Assembly (NCBI GenBank): GCA_036172245.1
Contig: JAYWIR010000008.1
Location: forward strand, 2,170,001 to 2,234,000
DNA: 64,000 bases
Direction of reading: 5' to 3'
Origin: Raillietiella orientalis
Lineage: Eukaryota
Part shown: piece after piece, positions 22,801-33,839 of the stretch
Layout of the letters: each line of letters begins with the position of its first letter
How positions within the stretch are numbered: the first letter of the stretch is position 1
Program-made: the position numbers and the translations under genes
Notes under the pieces: model-generated
The model's input: only the letters and a program-made list of their open reading frames with translations
Database searches by the model: none
What the model was told of the DNA's origin: nothing

Positions 22801-24622
22801 TTTTTTCGATGGGTCACGTGGATGGCAGACTGCGCTTCCACGAGACCCTGGCTCGAGGAAGGATCCTTCTGAGTGACTATCGTTTGCCACATCTTCCTCA
22901 TGGCTCGTGGAAACCGCGGCAACGTCCGTTTTTCGGTGAGGAAGTCGCCGGTGGTGGCGAGCAGCCTGGGAGTTCGGCTCGAGTTGTCAGGTCGCGGTCG
23001 AAGAGGTCGTCAGGTCTGCTTGCTTCGTGCCCCCAACCGCAGCAGCCCCCCGTCTGGGAAACCTAAACGCACGGCATGCCGGGAAGGCGAACTCCCCGCA
23101 GAGAAGGGTCGACTTTCCGGGTCGTAAGGATGCGTGTCGCGCGCGTGAGCTTCCGGCAGTCCGGTCTGGCGCTGACGCAGTTGGTGTTTGTTCAGATGCA
23201 CAGCCGCTACAAGCTGCTGGTCCGCAACGAAAGCGAGAGGACCGACCGCCTCGCCGAGCAGGTACGTGGAAGTGGGATGCAGCGCGCTGCGGACCGTTCT
23301 TTTCTTCCTTTTCCGTCATCTCTCTATCTATCTCTTTGCTTCGCCTTTCCACCTCCCGTACTGCACCTCCGTGGTCTCTGTGCGTGCCAGTTTCGTGCAC
23401 CCACGCTGCAGGTCGTATCCCCGAGAGACCTCAGGGAATGGCGGAACGGAAAAAGGAGGGAGACCCATCTTGTTCGACAGGCGCTGCAAGGCCTCGTGTT
23501 TATCCCTCTCGGGAAAGAGCAGCGCACACCCTCCGGCTGCTGACCTCTGCGACGCCTGCTGGGGAGACCCGTAAAGATCGACTCCCAGGAAGATACACGG
23601 GAAAACGGGACGGTTTTTCACTTCCCTCTTTCCCCACTTCCTCTCGTTTAGATATCGTCGGTGCAGGCTGCTGAGCGACCGTCGTCATGGCGAAGGAGAC
23701 TGGGCGCTCTATCTTGGCAGCTGTCTGCGGGCCATGCCACGGCACCCACGCGACCTCTCGGAGATGGGTGGGAGAAGTACCTTGTTTGATGACCCCAAAC
23801 CGCGGACATTTTGGAGCCTCCAGGGGTGGGGAAGGTGGAAAGACAAAGAATGGGTGGTCGTTTGTGACCTCGCGAGACCGGCGGCGATGGAGGATTCCTG
23901 CCTGCTACCGCCATCCTCCCCCTACCCTTCAAAAAAAAAAAAACCCATGACTCTGCTGACACCTAAAACGCTCACTTCTCCCACCCATCCGCCGTTTCCA
24001 AAGGGAAACGGGAGGTGGCGCTCCTGGGGCACACGCTGGAGGCTCTTCTCTTCCCAGCCTCCAGATAAAGCAGGACGCGGTCTACCCCGGCACGCCTGCC
24101 GTCGATGTGAACTTTTCCGACCACCATGGCCTCCGAACGCTTTGGGAGATAGGATGATGGGGGAGGGTAATGGAATCGCAGGGGAGCAAGGACGCGCATC
24201 CTTTTTCGCGACCGAAAGGATCCGGCTCTCTTCTCCGTTGTCACGACGACGCCTTCTTCTGCGCCTTGCTGGTGTCTCTTCTTGCTGGGTGTTCTGGGAA
24301 CGACCCAGGGAATAGAGTAAGTGGGTTCAGGGAGAGTCTGAAAGTCGACCCCCTCCCTCTCGCCGTTCAGCTGCAGAAGGCTCTCAGGAGCATCTCCAAG
24401 GAAAAGGAGAGAAGGGCGAGCGCCGAGACTTCACAGAAGGAGTTCCCCCTTGAGGCAACGGGTCTGCGGACTGCCGAGGAGGAGCTTTCCGAAACGGCCT
24501 CGTCGACCGAGAACCACAGCGGGCGCCCGCATCCCGCCGGCGTCCTGTCGCAGGATGGAAACAAGGAGCTAGGAGAGCACGCAGAAGAACGTCCTCGGAG
24601 GGCGACAGCCGACGGCATGTGA
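13891..24622 (+). CDS. CCDC40: Long coiled-coil protein, probably a divergent CCDC40 (axonemal 96-nm ruler subunit); 7 exons, ~691 aa, 5' end unresolved
   Basis: Phase-0 exons 13891-14157, 16032-16400, 17339-17707, 19083-19466, 20623-20991, 23196-23261 and 24371-24622(TGA), all AG/GT bounded and stop-free, encode heptad-rich E/R/L/K sequence. C-terminal motifs ERHLRIRMEAEI, LEDLEETKKHLGMQL, LRRQVDEEG, SRYKLLVRNE and QKEFPLEATGL fall in the same order as remembered CCDC40 motifs (QKKLRVESKI, LNQLSEEKATL, MRSSVDSEIG, GRYVFLFRS, RDEYPQFQEAL). The gene structure is solid; the identity is only moderately supported. Confidence 0.6.
21200..21900 (+). mobile_element. Decayed 3' fragment of the same LINE family, inside an intron
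   Basis: Exact 18-nt match tcaggcggatgattacga at 21849-21866 and 42158-42175. atgcgacccgaagagct (~21327) resembles atgcgaccggaagatct (~32310). Peptides VVMGCKRIE and ILVTSWDARV..VTP parallel ECQRVRE and ILWSCWTRWI..VTP of the 41.8-42.2 kb LINE end. Confidence 0.5.
23403..23501 (-). repeat. Inverted ~100-nt copy of 19434-19532 (exon end plus donor site)
   Basis: Reverse complement reads aaacacgaggccttgcagcgcctgtcgaacaagatgggtctccctcctttttccgttccgccattccctgaggtctctcggggatacgacctgcagcgt. The original reads aagcatgaggccttgcagcgcctgtcgaacaaggtgggtctccctcctttttccgctccgcgattccctgaggcctctcggggaaacgacctgcagtgt. Confidence 0.95.
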
Positions 24623-25345
24623 TCTGCGTTTGTTGTGGGAGGAGAGGTGCAAAATACACAGCGTTCTCTGCGTGCCTCCGGCGCCTCTGTCCCTTTTTCC
24701 GGCAGGTCCTGCCACGAAGGTTTGCTCGGGGATGGCAAGGACTCCCTGGTGACCTCCCGGGAGTGGTATAGATGGGTAGAGTAGCAAGGAATTTGGAGTC
24801 CAGGTGTCCTCTCCGACAGGCCAGGATAAGGAGGCTGTGACCCTTTCAGTGTGGCGCTTCCGGACCCTTTCGGCGTGGCACACGTGGGTCTTCTGTCGCT
24901 CTACGTTGCAGGAGGCTCGGAACCCCAAGGAAGGAGAGGACAGGAAGTCACTCTTCCCCTCCCCCTCTCGAAGTGGCGGAGAGTTTGGAAACATAGATTT
25001 GCGGGAGTGTCACGCAGGAGGAGGATGAGATCGATCTGGGAACGCCGACCCCGCTTTCCGCGCGCGGAGGGGGTGAGAGTCAAGGATGCGCTTCCCGGAA
25101 GAACTGGGTTGCAGAGAGATCGTCGCCAACATCCTGAGGAGTTGACTGTCTTCCTATTCGTGGGGATAAGAATGCAAGAGGCCTCTCTATTTCCTCTTCC
25201 TCTGCCGCCTGTGGCAAACGGAGTCGCCGGGTGTGGGACGTCGAAGCGACGCGCGCAGTCAGAGCAAACCGCTCGTTCGAGGACGGGGTAACCTCCAAGA
25301 GGACGGCCCCTCCCGAGGATATGGTCTCTCGCTTGTCTCGGGGGT

Positions 25346-27623
25346 TTATTTTGAGCTGGCAGGCGAGCTGGGACGACTGCTGAGACGGTCCTCGTTTTCT
25401 GGCAGACGAACCCGCCTTCTCACTCGACTGGCGAAGTCGGCATCGGCGTCCGCTCCAGGAACTCTTCCCTTCATGGGGCTTTTGGGACGCCCGGTGTCCT
25501 CGAAGACAAGGTCCAGCTTCACTTCTCCTTTCCCTAGAGGGAAGGCACGGATTCGGAAGGGCTCCTTGGAGGGGACCTCGATGCCGAAGGCGCGGACGGG
25601 CTCGCAGGGACCGCCGCAGTCCTTCGGACACACGGGGATGACGTGTGTCCCTTCGCCAAAGCCCTTGAGCTGGGCGGATTTTTGGTGCCGGCCCCCACGG
25701 TCAGCGGGAGTTTTCGAGGGGGACATCTCTGGCGGCGACAGCAGGTTCCGGTAGAGCTCCCGTTCCGCTTGCCGCAGCTGCCCGCGCTGGGACTCCAGCA
25801 GATTCGCCAGCTGGCGCTCTTCATCAAATAGGGATGCGCACCCTAAGGGCAGCACGCAGATCCCCGTGCTGTCGATGGTTTCCACGATCCACCTCTTGAG
25901 GGCCTCGAGGGTCTTCATCCTGCCCTCCGTCTCCCTAATGCTGCGGCGGATCTGCGACAGCTGGTCCAGGAGCGCCTGAGGAACACCGTCAGGAAGACGT
26001 GCGGCCACGAGGGAGAGAAGCGCCCCCCCCCGAGGACCCCTTCTCGATGGAGGGAGGGAAGGAGAGGGAGTTCCTCCTTCCCTCCCCTCCCCACCTTGGA
26101 GCCTCCACCTGCCCACCCTGCAGTGTCCCTCGTTAGACCAGACTCCGTCTCTCGGGGTCGTGAAGAAGGGAGTACGAGGAAGGGCTCTTCCGCCCTCGTG
26201 CGCTGCGCCTCCGAGGGGGATACCTCCCGGAATGCCCAGGGAAGAAGGGAGGCATCCGCCTCCACCCTAGGCACCCTCCCTGCTGAAGCGTCCCAGGGTT
26301 TCCTGCGGCGCAGACGCAGAATGTGCCTTCTCGCGAGCTCGTTAGCTTCGGTTGACGCCCGGCCGATCGACTTGCTCGTTCACAGTCACGCGGCAGCGAG
26401 CACCTCCAGGACTTCAAGGGATCTTTCGCCATCAGCTCCATCCCGGAGGGATGGTGATCTCCCTCAACGGGTCCTCCGCAAGGATCGGTAGCATCGCCGG
26501 GTATTAAGGAGGATGAGCAGAGCAGATCCCTTGCTCCCGCGATTGATGCAGAGAGCCCAGCAGCTGGGCTCTGTGAGAAGGTAGAGGGTGGGTGGGGAAC
26601 TCTCCTCCCTACTTTCCCATCTGGGTCTCGACGAAGGAGGCTTCCCAGACGAACCGATAGCGGCGTGAGAGTGCAGGGTGCGCGGCACGTGGAAAGGGGT
26701 CGAGCCCCACCGGGCCGAATGACGCGTCCCGTGCTAATTCCGAGCGGCAAGGGCATCGATGGAGAGTAAGAGGACTGGAGGCGTCCGACGACCGGCTGGC
26801 CGGCGTCAGTGGCACGACGACGAGATGGAGGATGCGCCAGGTTCTTCCCGGCTGACCGAAGTGCTCCTGCTTCTCCCCTTCCTGAGCGAAGAGCACCTCG
26901 ACGTCTGGGAGAGCTCCCTTTGGGTTTTCCTTTCACGGAAGATGTGAAAATCGAATAGCGGAGAGGAAGAGGAGGAAGGGAGCAAGAGGAAGAGGAAGAA
27001 GAGAGAAGCAAGGGAGGAAGAATAGAGGACGAAGGGAGGGAAGAGGAAGAAGAGAACAAGAGGAGGAAGAGAGGGATGAAGAGAGAAGAAGAAAGCAGCT
27101 CTTCGAAGTAGACTGACTCTGGTTTCATCCGTGGCTTCGAGCTTGCCGTGGATCAGCATCTGGTCCTCTACGAGGCTGCCGGATTGCAGTCTGACGAGCT
27201 GCTCTTCCAGGCAGCTGACGGTACTTGCGAGCTGCAAAGACACAGAGAAGGAGGAGCCTACAGGGAGGGATCTGCTGCGCGTGCTGCCACCAGTCCCCGG
27301 AGCGAAAGGGTGTACTGGAATCTACCCGAGAAGGAGCACCGGTCGCTCGCTCACGCTCACCCCCTTCCTTCCCTCCCATACTCCCTGCGACCGTTTTGGC
27401 TGCACGATCGCTCATGGTGTTGAGCGGGAAAAATGGAAGAGGGCGTGGTCCCTTGTGTGGGTCCCGCAGAGGGTCGCACCGGAGAGAACGCCGTTCTATT
27501 TCGGGGTTCTCCCAGACAAGGTTGCCAACTCACGTTCATTAGGAAGACATGCATCTTCCAGCAGGCAAGCAAGGAGAGAGCAGTCGCCACTACAGCCGCG
27601 CCGCACAGCAGCAGCAGCGTCAT
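25346..27623 (-). CDS. Uncharacterised protein with N-terminal signal/anchor and coiled coil, 3 exons, ~277 aa
   Basis: Phase-0 exons 27623-27534 (MTLLLLCGAAVVATALSLLACWKMHVFLMN, donor gtgagt), 27231-27118 (LASTVSCLEEQLVRLQSGSLVEDQMLIHGKLEATDETR; acceptor tttgcag, donor gtcagt) and 25975-25346 (ALLDQLSQIRRSIRETEGRMKTLEALKRW...; acceptor ttcctcag). The TAA stop overlaps an AATAAA. Confidence 0.6.
26960..27095 (+). repeat. GA-rich purine tract (low complexity)
   Basis: Near-pure gag/gaa/gga run. It is a polypyrimidine tract on the sense strand of the minus-strand gene. Confidence 0.8.
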
Positions 27624-28249
27624 TCCGACTTGAGGGTTGCGAGGAGTTGAAGGAGAAGGATCAAATCATCGAAGGGATGTAGAGCTCCCGGAGAAAGAGG
27701 TTAAAGGAGAGGGGCCACTTTGCGGGAAAGACAAAGGGGAGCGGGCCGTCTTGCCTGGACGATTCGAAGTCGGCTCGCGTTGCCACGCAACCGCGGAGAA
27801 CGCCATCTCCTTCTGTCTGCTCCCTTTCTAACAGGAATGCGCCACGATTCTGACGATGGCTCGGTCCATGCGGGAGCGGCAGGTGCCCTGGCCCCTCTCT
27901 GCTCTCCCTTTGGTGGTGGCTGCACCCAGCCACGGGTAAGTTCGCTTCTGAGACGCCGGCCAGCTCAGTGCGAGGTTCTTAGGCACTCCCAGCGGGAGTA
28001 GTTCACGTTCGAGGGAGTTCACAGACCTCCCCACAATCATGGAACGTCCTTGACTCACATCCGCTTAAACCGGTGTTTCGGTCCATCAAGAGAAGAAAAA
28101 AGAAAAAAAATTCCCAGGCGTCCGCGAGCACTGGATGTGCGTCCAAGGAGCAGGTGGTCTACAGAAGGAAGAGTTCATGCGGACTTCCCCCCACCGTCCT
28201 CTATCTGCTTTGCTTCCCCCCGCCTCCCGTGCGACTCCCTTCATCCCGC

Positions 28250-31200
28250 CTCCCTGTGGTAGACATGTCGACGACCCGGCGCTCCCTGTCCACCGGCACT
28301 GCGAAGGGAGCCCAAGGAGATGTCATCCTTCCCTAAAGGGCAGCTGCCGCTGTTCTGCCACCGCTCATCCTGCCCCGGAGGTCCTGTTCACTGATCCGTT
28401 GGGAATCCTAGCCCCACCGGCACCTCGGTGAAATTTTCACGCCAGAACAGGGCGGGGGAAAGTGCGGGAGGGAGTGACTTCTTTGGGACGGCTGGAGTTC
28501 GACCCTTGCGGGACCTGGGAGGCATCGCGGATGGTGTAGGAGGCTCTCCATTCCCCCTTCAGGGGAGAGACGCAACGCATGCACGAAGAAAAGCGACCCC
28601 CAGAGAGGACGGCTCCGCCCCTCCCCCGCGGACGATTGTATGTGGGGCATCGTCTCTCCCTCTTGCTCTCTCGACAGAAGGATGCAAGGAAGGGAGCTGC
28701 AAAAGCGATTCCGCCGTGCCCATCCTCCCTCTGGGGAGAGGGTCGTCTTTTTTCCAGAAGAAAAGCCCCTTGGGTCCTCCTGGTCCCGCTCTTGCATCCG
28801 CCCGGGGAAATCGACCCGCTGGAGCGTGGCAGAGGGGGCATGACCGACCGGAGAATACTCTCAGCGAGGCAGGGCGCCGCTGGGAAGGAGCGGAAGGAAA
28901 AGAGCGAAAGGTCCCTCAACTCCCAAGGCGTCCCTCGCCCTATGTGCCTGCCAGCCTCTCGTGTGCGCCCGCTTGGCTGCTGCGCCCGCTGGCGCCTCCT
29001 GCCAGCACCAATGGCTCACGGAAGCAGTTCGCAGCTTTCTCAGGCCTCCGCTCGCTCTCAAATGGCGCTGCTGCATCCTGGGAGATGCCTTTCCCATAAG
29101 CGTCGAGAGCGCCGGCTGCCGGGTCCGCCACTCCAGACCCGGAGAGGTCTGCGTTTGTACCTGACACCGTTACGCCCAGAATCCCCAGGACCTGGTCTGG
29201 ACTGCGAAGCGGAGGGAGCACCGAACCCCCCTTTACACCTCAAGGCATGCCGCCGCCGCCGCCGCCGCGGCATCATCTCCTGGAGACTCTCGCGGGAGAT
29301 CATCTTCCTGGGTTTCGAGAGGCATCTCCTCCGCGAGACTCGCCTGACCTTTTTCTCCGCGCGGACGCCTCGCTCAAGAATTGCGGGTCCGAGGCGCTTG
29401 CCGACGGCCGGCAGCTGTCGCCGGAAGCGCGGACGGGACACCCGCCACCCAGACTCCCTTGTAGGCAACGGACTAGCCTGCCGGGAGAGAGCGGGCAGGA
29501 AGGAAGGAGGAGGAAGCTAAGACGTCCCCCGCGTCCTGCCCACTTAAAACTGACCGCGCATGAGCGAGAACGGATGATCCTCTGAGTCGGCGCCTCTTCC
29601 GAACTTGCGCCCGCGCGTGAGGAGCCGTGCAGTAGCGAAGAGGAAGCCTGCGCACGTGACCACTTTGTCCCGAGGATGCCGTCGCTAGTTTCGGGATCTT
29701 CCGCCCGCGGGGATCCTGAACACGCCGCCTCGCACTTCGCGCATCCCGACATCCAAGGTGATGGCAGTTGCGTACGGACGCACTGGGACGGCGGGCGCGC
29801 GCCCCACTTGTCATCTGAAGAGCGCGGTTACTACTCGCGCGTGGTAGATGCCCAGCGATGAGGCATCCAGCCACCCCCAAGACGTGAACCTTCTCCCGAG
29901 CATGCCCTAGGGACATCACCCGATGCAGGCCCATCCTGCCGCAGCTACACGGGCTTTCCCAGTTGCGGGGCGGGCACATTCCTTGGAGGTCCTCCCCACT
30001 GAGGTCTGGCAACGCCCCTCTCATCGGGGGAGACGGGTCCGCAATGGACGGTAAGATGGCGACGTGCTGGCAGCCCGGACGAGGGGCGGAGGGAGTTGGC
30101 CAGGAGGAGGTCCCGGATCGCGCGACCCGCCTTGTGCGCTTGCGGCATCCCACGACGCGGCTTTGTGCTCGAAACATACCGTTCTCCTCGAGCGACGGAT
30201 CTGGTAACCCCGGAGGTTGCGCGGGCTGCCCCCCACGCTTCAGGGGAACTCGCCTCTCTCCTGCCCCGCCAGTTCGGCAGGAGGCGCATGGCATCTTGAA
30301 CGGTCTCGTGATAAGCCCCAGAAAGAAGACTCGTAACAGTCCAGGATCACTGCTTCCCAGTCGTGCGTCGCGCTGCAAAGTGGGAGGAAGAATTTATCCG
30401 CGAGATGCTGCAGTAAGGAGCGAGAAAAGGGCCCTATGTAGAACCCCATATGGCGACTGGGTCGGATAGGCGATTGATGTTAAGTGATTTCAGGTCAGAA
30501 GGGGGGGGAGCCAGCTCGTGATGTTCGATCCCGGGAGCACTGCTCGACGACCAGGACCGGGAATGCTCGGCGCCAGCCGACGTGCGACGGATAGTCAGGC
30601 GATATTCCTCTTCGTTGTATGCAGAGGCGCCGACGGAACGCAGTCTCTCCGAGCTGCTTTTGCCGGTTGATGCACCTCTTGTCGACGAGGAGGAACGCGC
30701 ACGCCTCGATGAGCCCTTCACGGCAGAGGAAATCTCTTCGGCCACCTGGGGACTCAAGAGACGAAAGGCGCCAGGCGAGGATGGTCTTCACGCGGAGTTT
30801 TTCTAGTGCTTCGCGGCTGAGCTCATCCCCCTAGTGCCCAGCCTCTCGTCGCTGATGCGAGAAGAGGGCGATATCCCCGCCTCGTTTCGCTCAACGAAGG
30901 TGCGTCTCCTGCCGAAAGGAGATCTGCGCCAACTGAGCAATTGGCGTCCGATCACATTAGTGAATTCAGATGTCAAGTTGCTCTCGAAGCTTTGGGTGGC
31001 ACGGATGGGGAGGATCGCGGAGTGTGTGGTAAGTCCGGAACAGACCTACGCTGTTCCCGGGCGGTCTATGGAAGTGAACTTCTTGTTGATCCGCACATGG
31101 CTGCAATTGCAGCATCGCGTGGAGTTTGATCGTCGAGCGGAAGCGACGCCTTCGATCTCTCACAAACGGAGGCGCGGGTCGCAAAAAGAAACGCCGGGAG

Positions 31201-33440
31201 CCTTGGCGGTTGCAGTCGATCTGCACAAAGCGTCCGACTGTGTGAACCAAAAGCTTCTTCTCGAGTTCTTGGAACGTCTGGGGCTCCCGGCAGCCTTACT
31301 GACGTACTTGCGCTCCTACTGGCGCCACGCGATAACATCCATTGCTTTCAGTGGCTGTCACGTATACGGCGTGACGGTACGACGCGGCGTCAGGCAGGGC
31401 GATAGCTTCAGCCCGTTGCTGATCAGCATCTACTTTTGATTGGTGCCGGAGGCTTACAGGCTGACGCTTGCCAACCTGCCGAGCTCCTGTCCAGGTACGC
31501 CGGCCGTGGCAGCCTATGCCGACGACCTGCTTCTCCTGTTGCCCATGTCCACCTCAGCGGCATCTCTTGAAGGTTTCTTTGAGTTGATCCGCCGAGGAGT
31601 GGGCGTGAGTGTCAACAGGAGCAAGTGCATGGTTGTTCCGGTGGGAGCGACGTAGGAGGGGCAGTCCGACTGGATCCGCCTGGGGATCCCCACGGGCAGG
31701 TACTTCAAGTAACCTTGGCGTGCCGTTGGGCGATTTCTGCGTTGCAGAAGCATGGCCAGACTGTCTTCGGAAGGCAGAGAGTGCTCTTGGTCCGTTCCTC
31801 GGTGGAGAGTTCGTCTTGCCGAAATGGAACTTGCATATGGAGCACCTTCGTTGCCCCCATCCTCCGCTCCTTGTTCTTTGTTTGCCTCCCCCCCCCCCCA
31901 CATGAAGTCAGGATCGGGGCTCAGCGCCTTTTACGCAAAACGTTGTGGGGCGCTGCAAGGTCCCGGGTGAGACTTAAAGACTCGGTGACACCGCGTCATG
32001 ATGCAGGTTTGGGCATCCTTGACATGAACAGCATCGAACTGCAGGTGCAGTTTCGTATGCTGAGGCTCTTCGCCCAGCTCTGGTGTACGCCGTGGTGCTT
32101 ACCCGCGCGCCTTCTACTTCGGCGCTGAACGGGCAGCGAAGGACTCCTTTCGTTGCTAGCCCACTTTCGGCACATCAGGAAAGGGTTTCGCTTCCCGCTG
32201 AGGCAGCTGTCCTCACTGCTGGAAGCCCAAAGTTGGATATCCTGCCGGCCCCATGAACATTAATGCATAGCGGCAGGAATCTTTTGCATCATGGGCCGCT
32301 TCCTAAGGAATGCGACCGGAAGATCTTCGACGCCTGCGACTTCTCTTGAGTCATCCCCTGGACGAAGTCATGCAGGACAAGAAGTCGGATCTTCTGGCCT
32401 CCACACCCCTCTTTGCAGCTCTGTCTGCCCTCAGGGCAAACAATGACAGTTGCCAACCGGCGGAATGGGAGTTCTCCTGCACAATAGCGAGAGTGACGAA
32501 GCTCCTCGGCGGCTGGACGACAAAGGAGCTGGTGGAAGCCGCCACTCCTCGGAATCGGGCGAAGGGCCTGCTTCAGTGGAGAGAGCATTTAAGTGTGCCT
32601 CCCGAAGAGATAGTGTTTCCCCCCTTTTTTTGGACAGCTCCGTGCTCCCCTTGAAGTGGAAACAAGATGTATGTGCTGCTGTTTTTACACTGGGGTCTCC
32701 ATTGTAATCGGTGGCGAAGCATCGTTTCCGGGGGAGCTGTCTAGCCAAACTGTTCGAGGTGCGGAGAGATCGAGTCTTTTCCTCACCCCTTGCTGGACTC
32801 CGGTGACCTCCGTGAACTGTGGCGAAGGCTGATTTCAGCCATCATGACGCAGAGAGGCACTGCTGTGGACGTGCTGCGACGCTTCTTTAGCGCAAACGGA
32901 CTTTCGGTAGGCGTGATCCTCACAACCATGTGTGCCATCGTCAAAGCCCGCTACGCCCTGGAGTTGTCAGCGCAGCGACCTGCTTGCAGCTGAATCCATG
33001 GAGAAGGCCGCAAGGTGGTCTCACCTTCCTGACGAGGTGAAGGAGAATATCGCCGGCATCCATCGCCGGTACACAGACGTTTAAGAGCGGTGTACAACCG
33101 ATGACCCCTGTGACCTCTCGCCCACCCATGTCCCATCCCCGTTGAATCCTCGGTGCCAGTGTTTGTATCCCGGTGCCTTCCGGAGCGATCCCAAAGACCC
33201 TTTCCCCCTCCCACCCCACGTTATGTTTTTCTTTTGTTTTTTTCCCGTTTGTTTTCCCGGTCCCTCACACCGTTCCGAACTCTGTTATTCTGGCCTGCGC
33301 GCCAGGAAAAATTCTCCTGATCTTTGTTTAGTCGTCGGTTGGGAACTTGGTTCCCAACTGGTTTATTTTGTATAATCTTATTTTGTATAACCTTATATGG
33401 AATAAACGCCCCGGCGTGACCGGGTGAGAAATCCCGGAAG
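28250..33440 (+). mobile_element. Non-LTR retrotransposon (LINE), Tx1/L1 clade, near full length, inactivated
   Basis: APE-like EIIFLGFERHL (~29296). RT motifs EPFTAEEI, KAPGEDGLHAEFF, NWRPITLVNSDVKLLSK, VSPEQTYAVPGRSM, VDLHKASDCV, GVRQGDSFSPLL, YADD (31515-31526) and VNRSKC. C-terminal LRELW...IVKARY, a T-rich 3' UTR, and AATAAA at 33401. In-frame stops at 30804, 31437 and 31653 plus frameshifts. The 5' boundary is approximate. Confidence 0.9.
30582..32128 (+). pseudogene. LINE ORF2 reverse transcriptase domain (disrupted)
   Basis: ORFs 30582-30806, 30834-31439 and 31440-31655 are in one frame and separated by stops. They carry the RT motifs through YADD. The downstream PRHDAGLGILD (GGLG motif) is in a shifted frame. 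Confidence 0.9.
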
Positions 33441-33839
33441 CACTGTGCACGTAGGTGGTCGTGGAGCCTCTCCACCGGGAGCTCTCGTCCAAGCACATAC
33501 GTGCTGTTGCCAACTCTGCCGAGCTCCTCCCGGACGCGCCTGTCTGCAGAGGTCGGTTCCTCGGATGCGAGTCGCTGCTTGGGCACCGCGAGCGTGTGAG
33601 TCAGGCATGCTGCTCTCTGTCTCCCTCCGTCGCGTGGAGCAACGGATTGCATCCTCTGAATTCCAGTTGCCTCGATCGTTGGGTGTAGCACCCCGGCTGG
33701 GGAGCTTCCACGATGAACCGGAAACGCGCGTGGGCGCACGCAAGGCACCGCTCGGCAGGGGTGCCACAAGTGGACGCTCCCCCTTTTCCTTCCCGCCACG
33801 AAGGAGCCTGCGGCACGGGTTTCATCCCAAATCCCGTAC

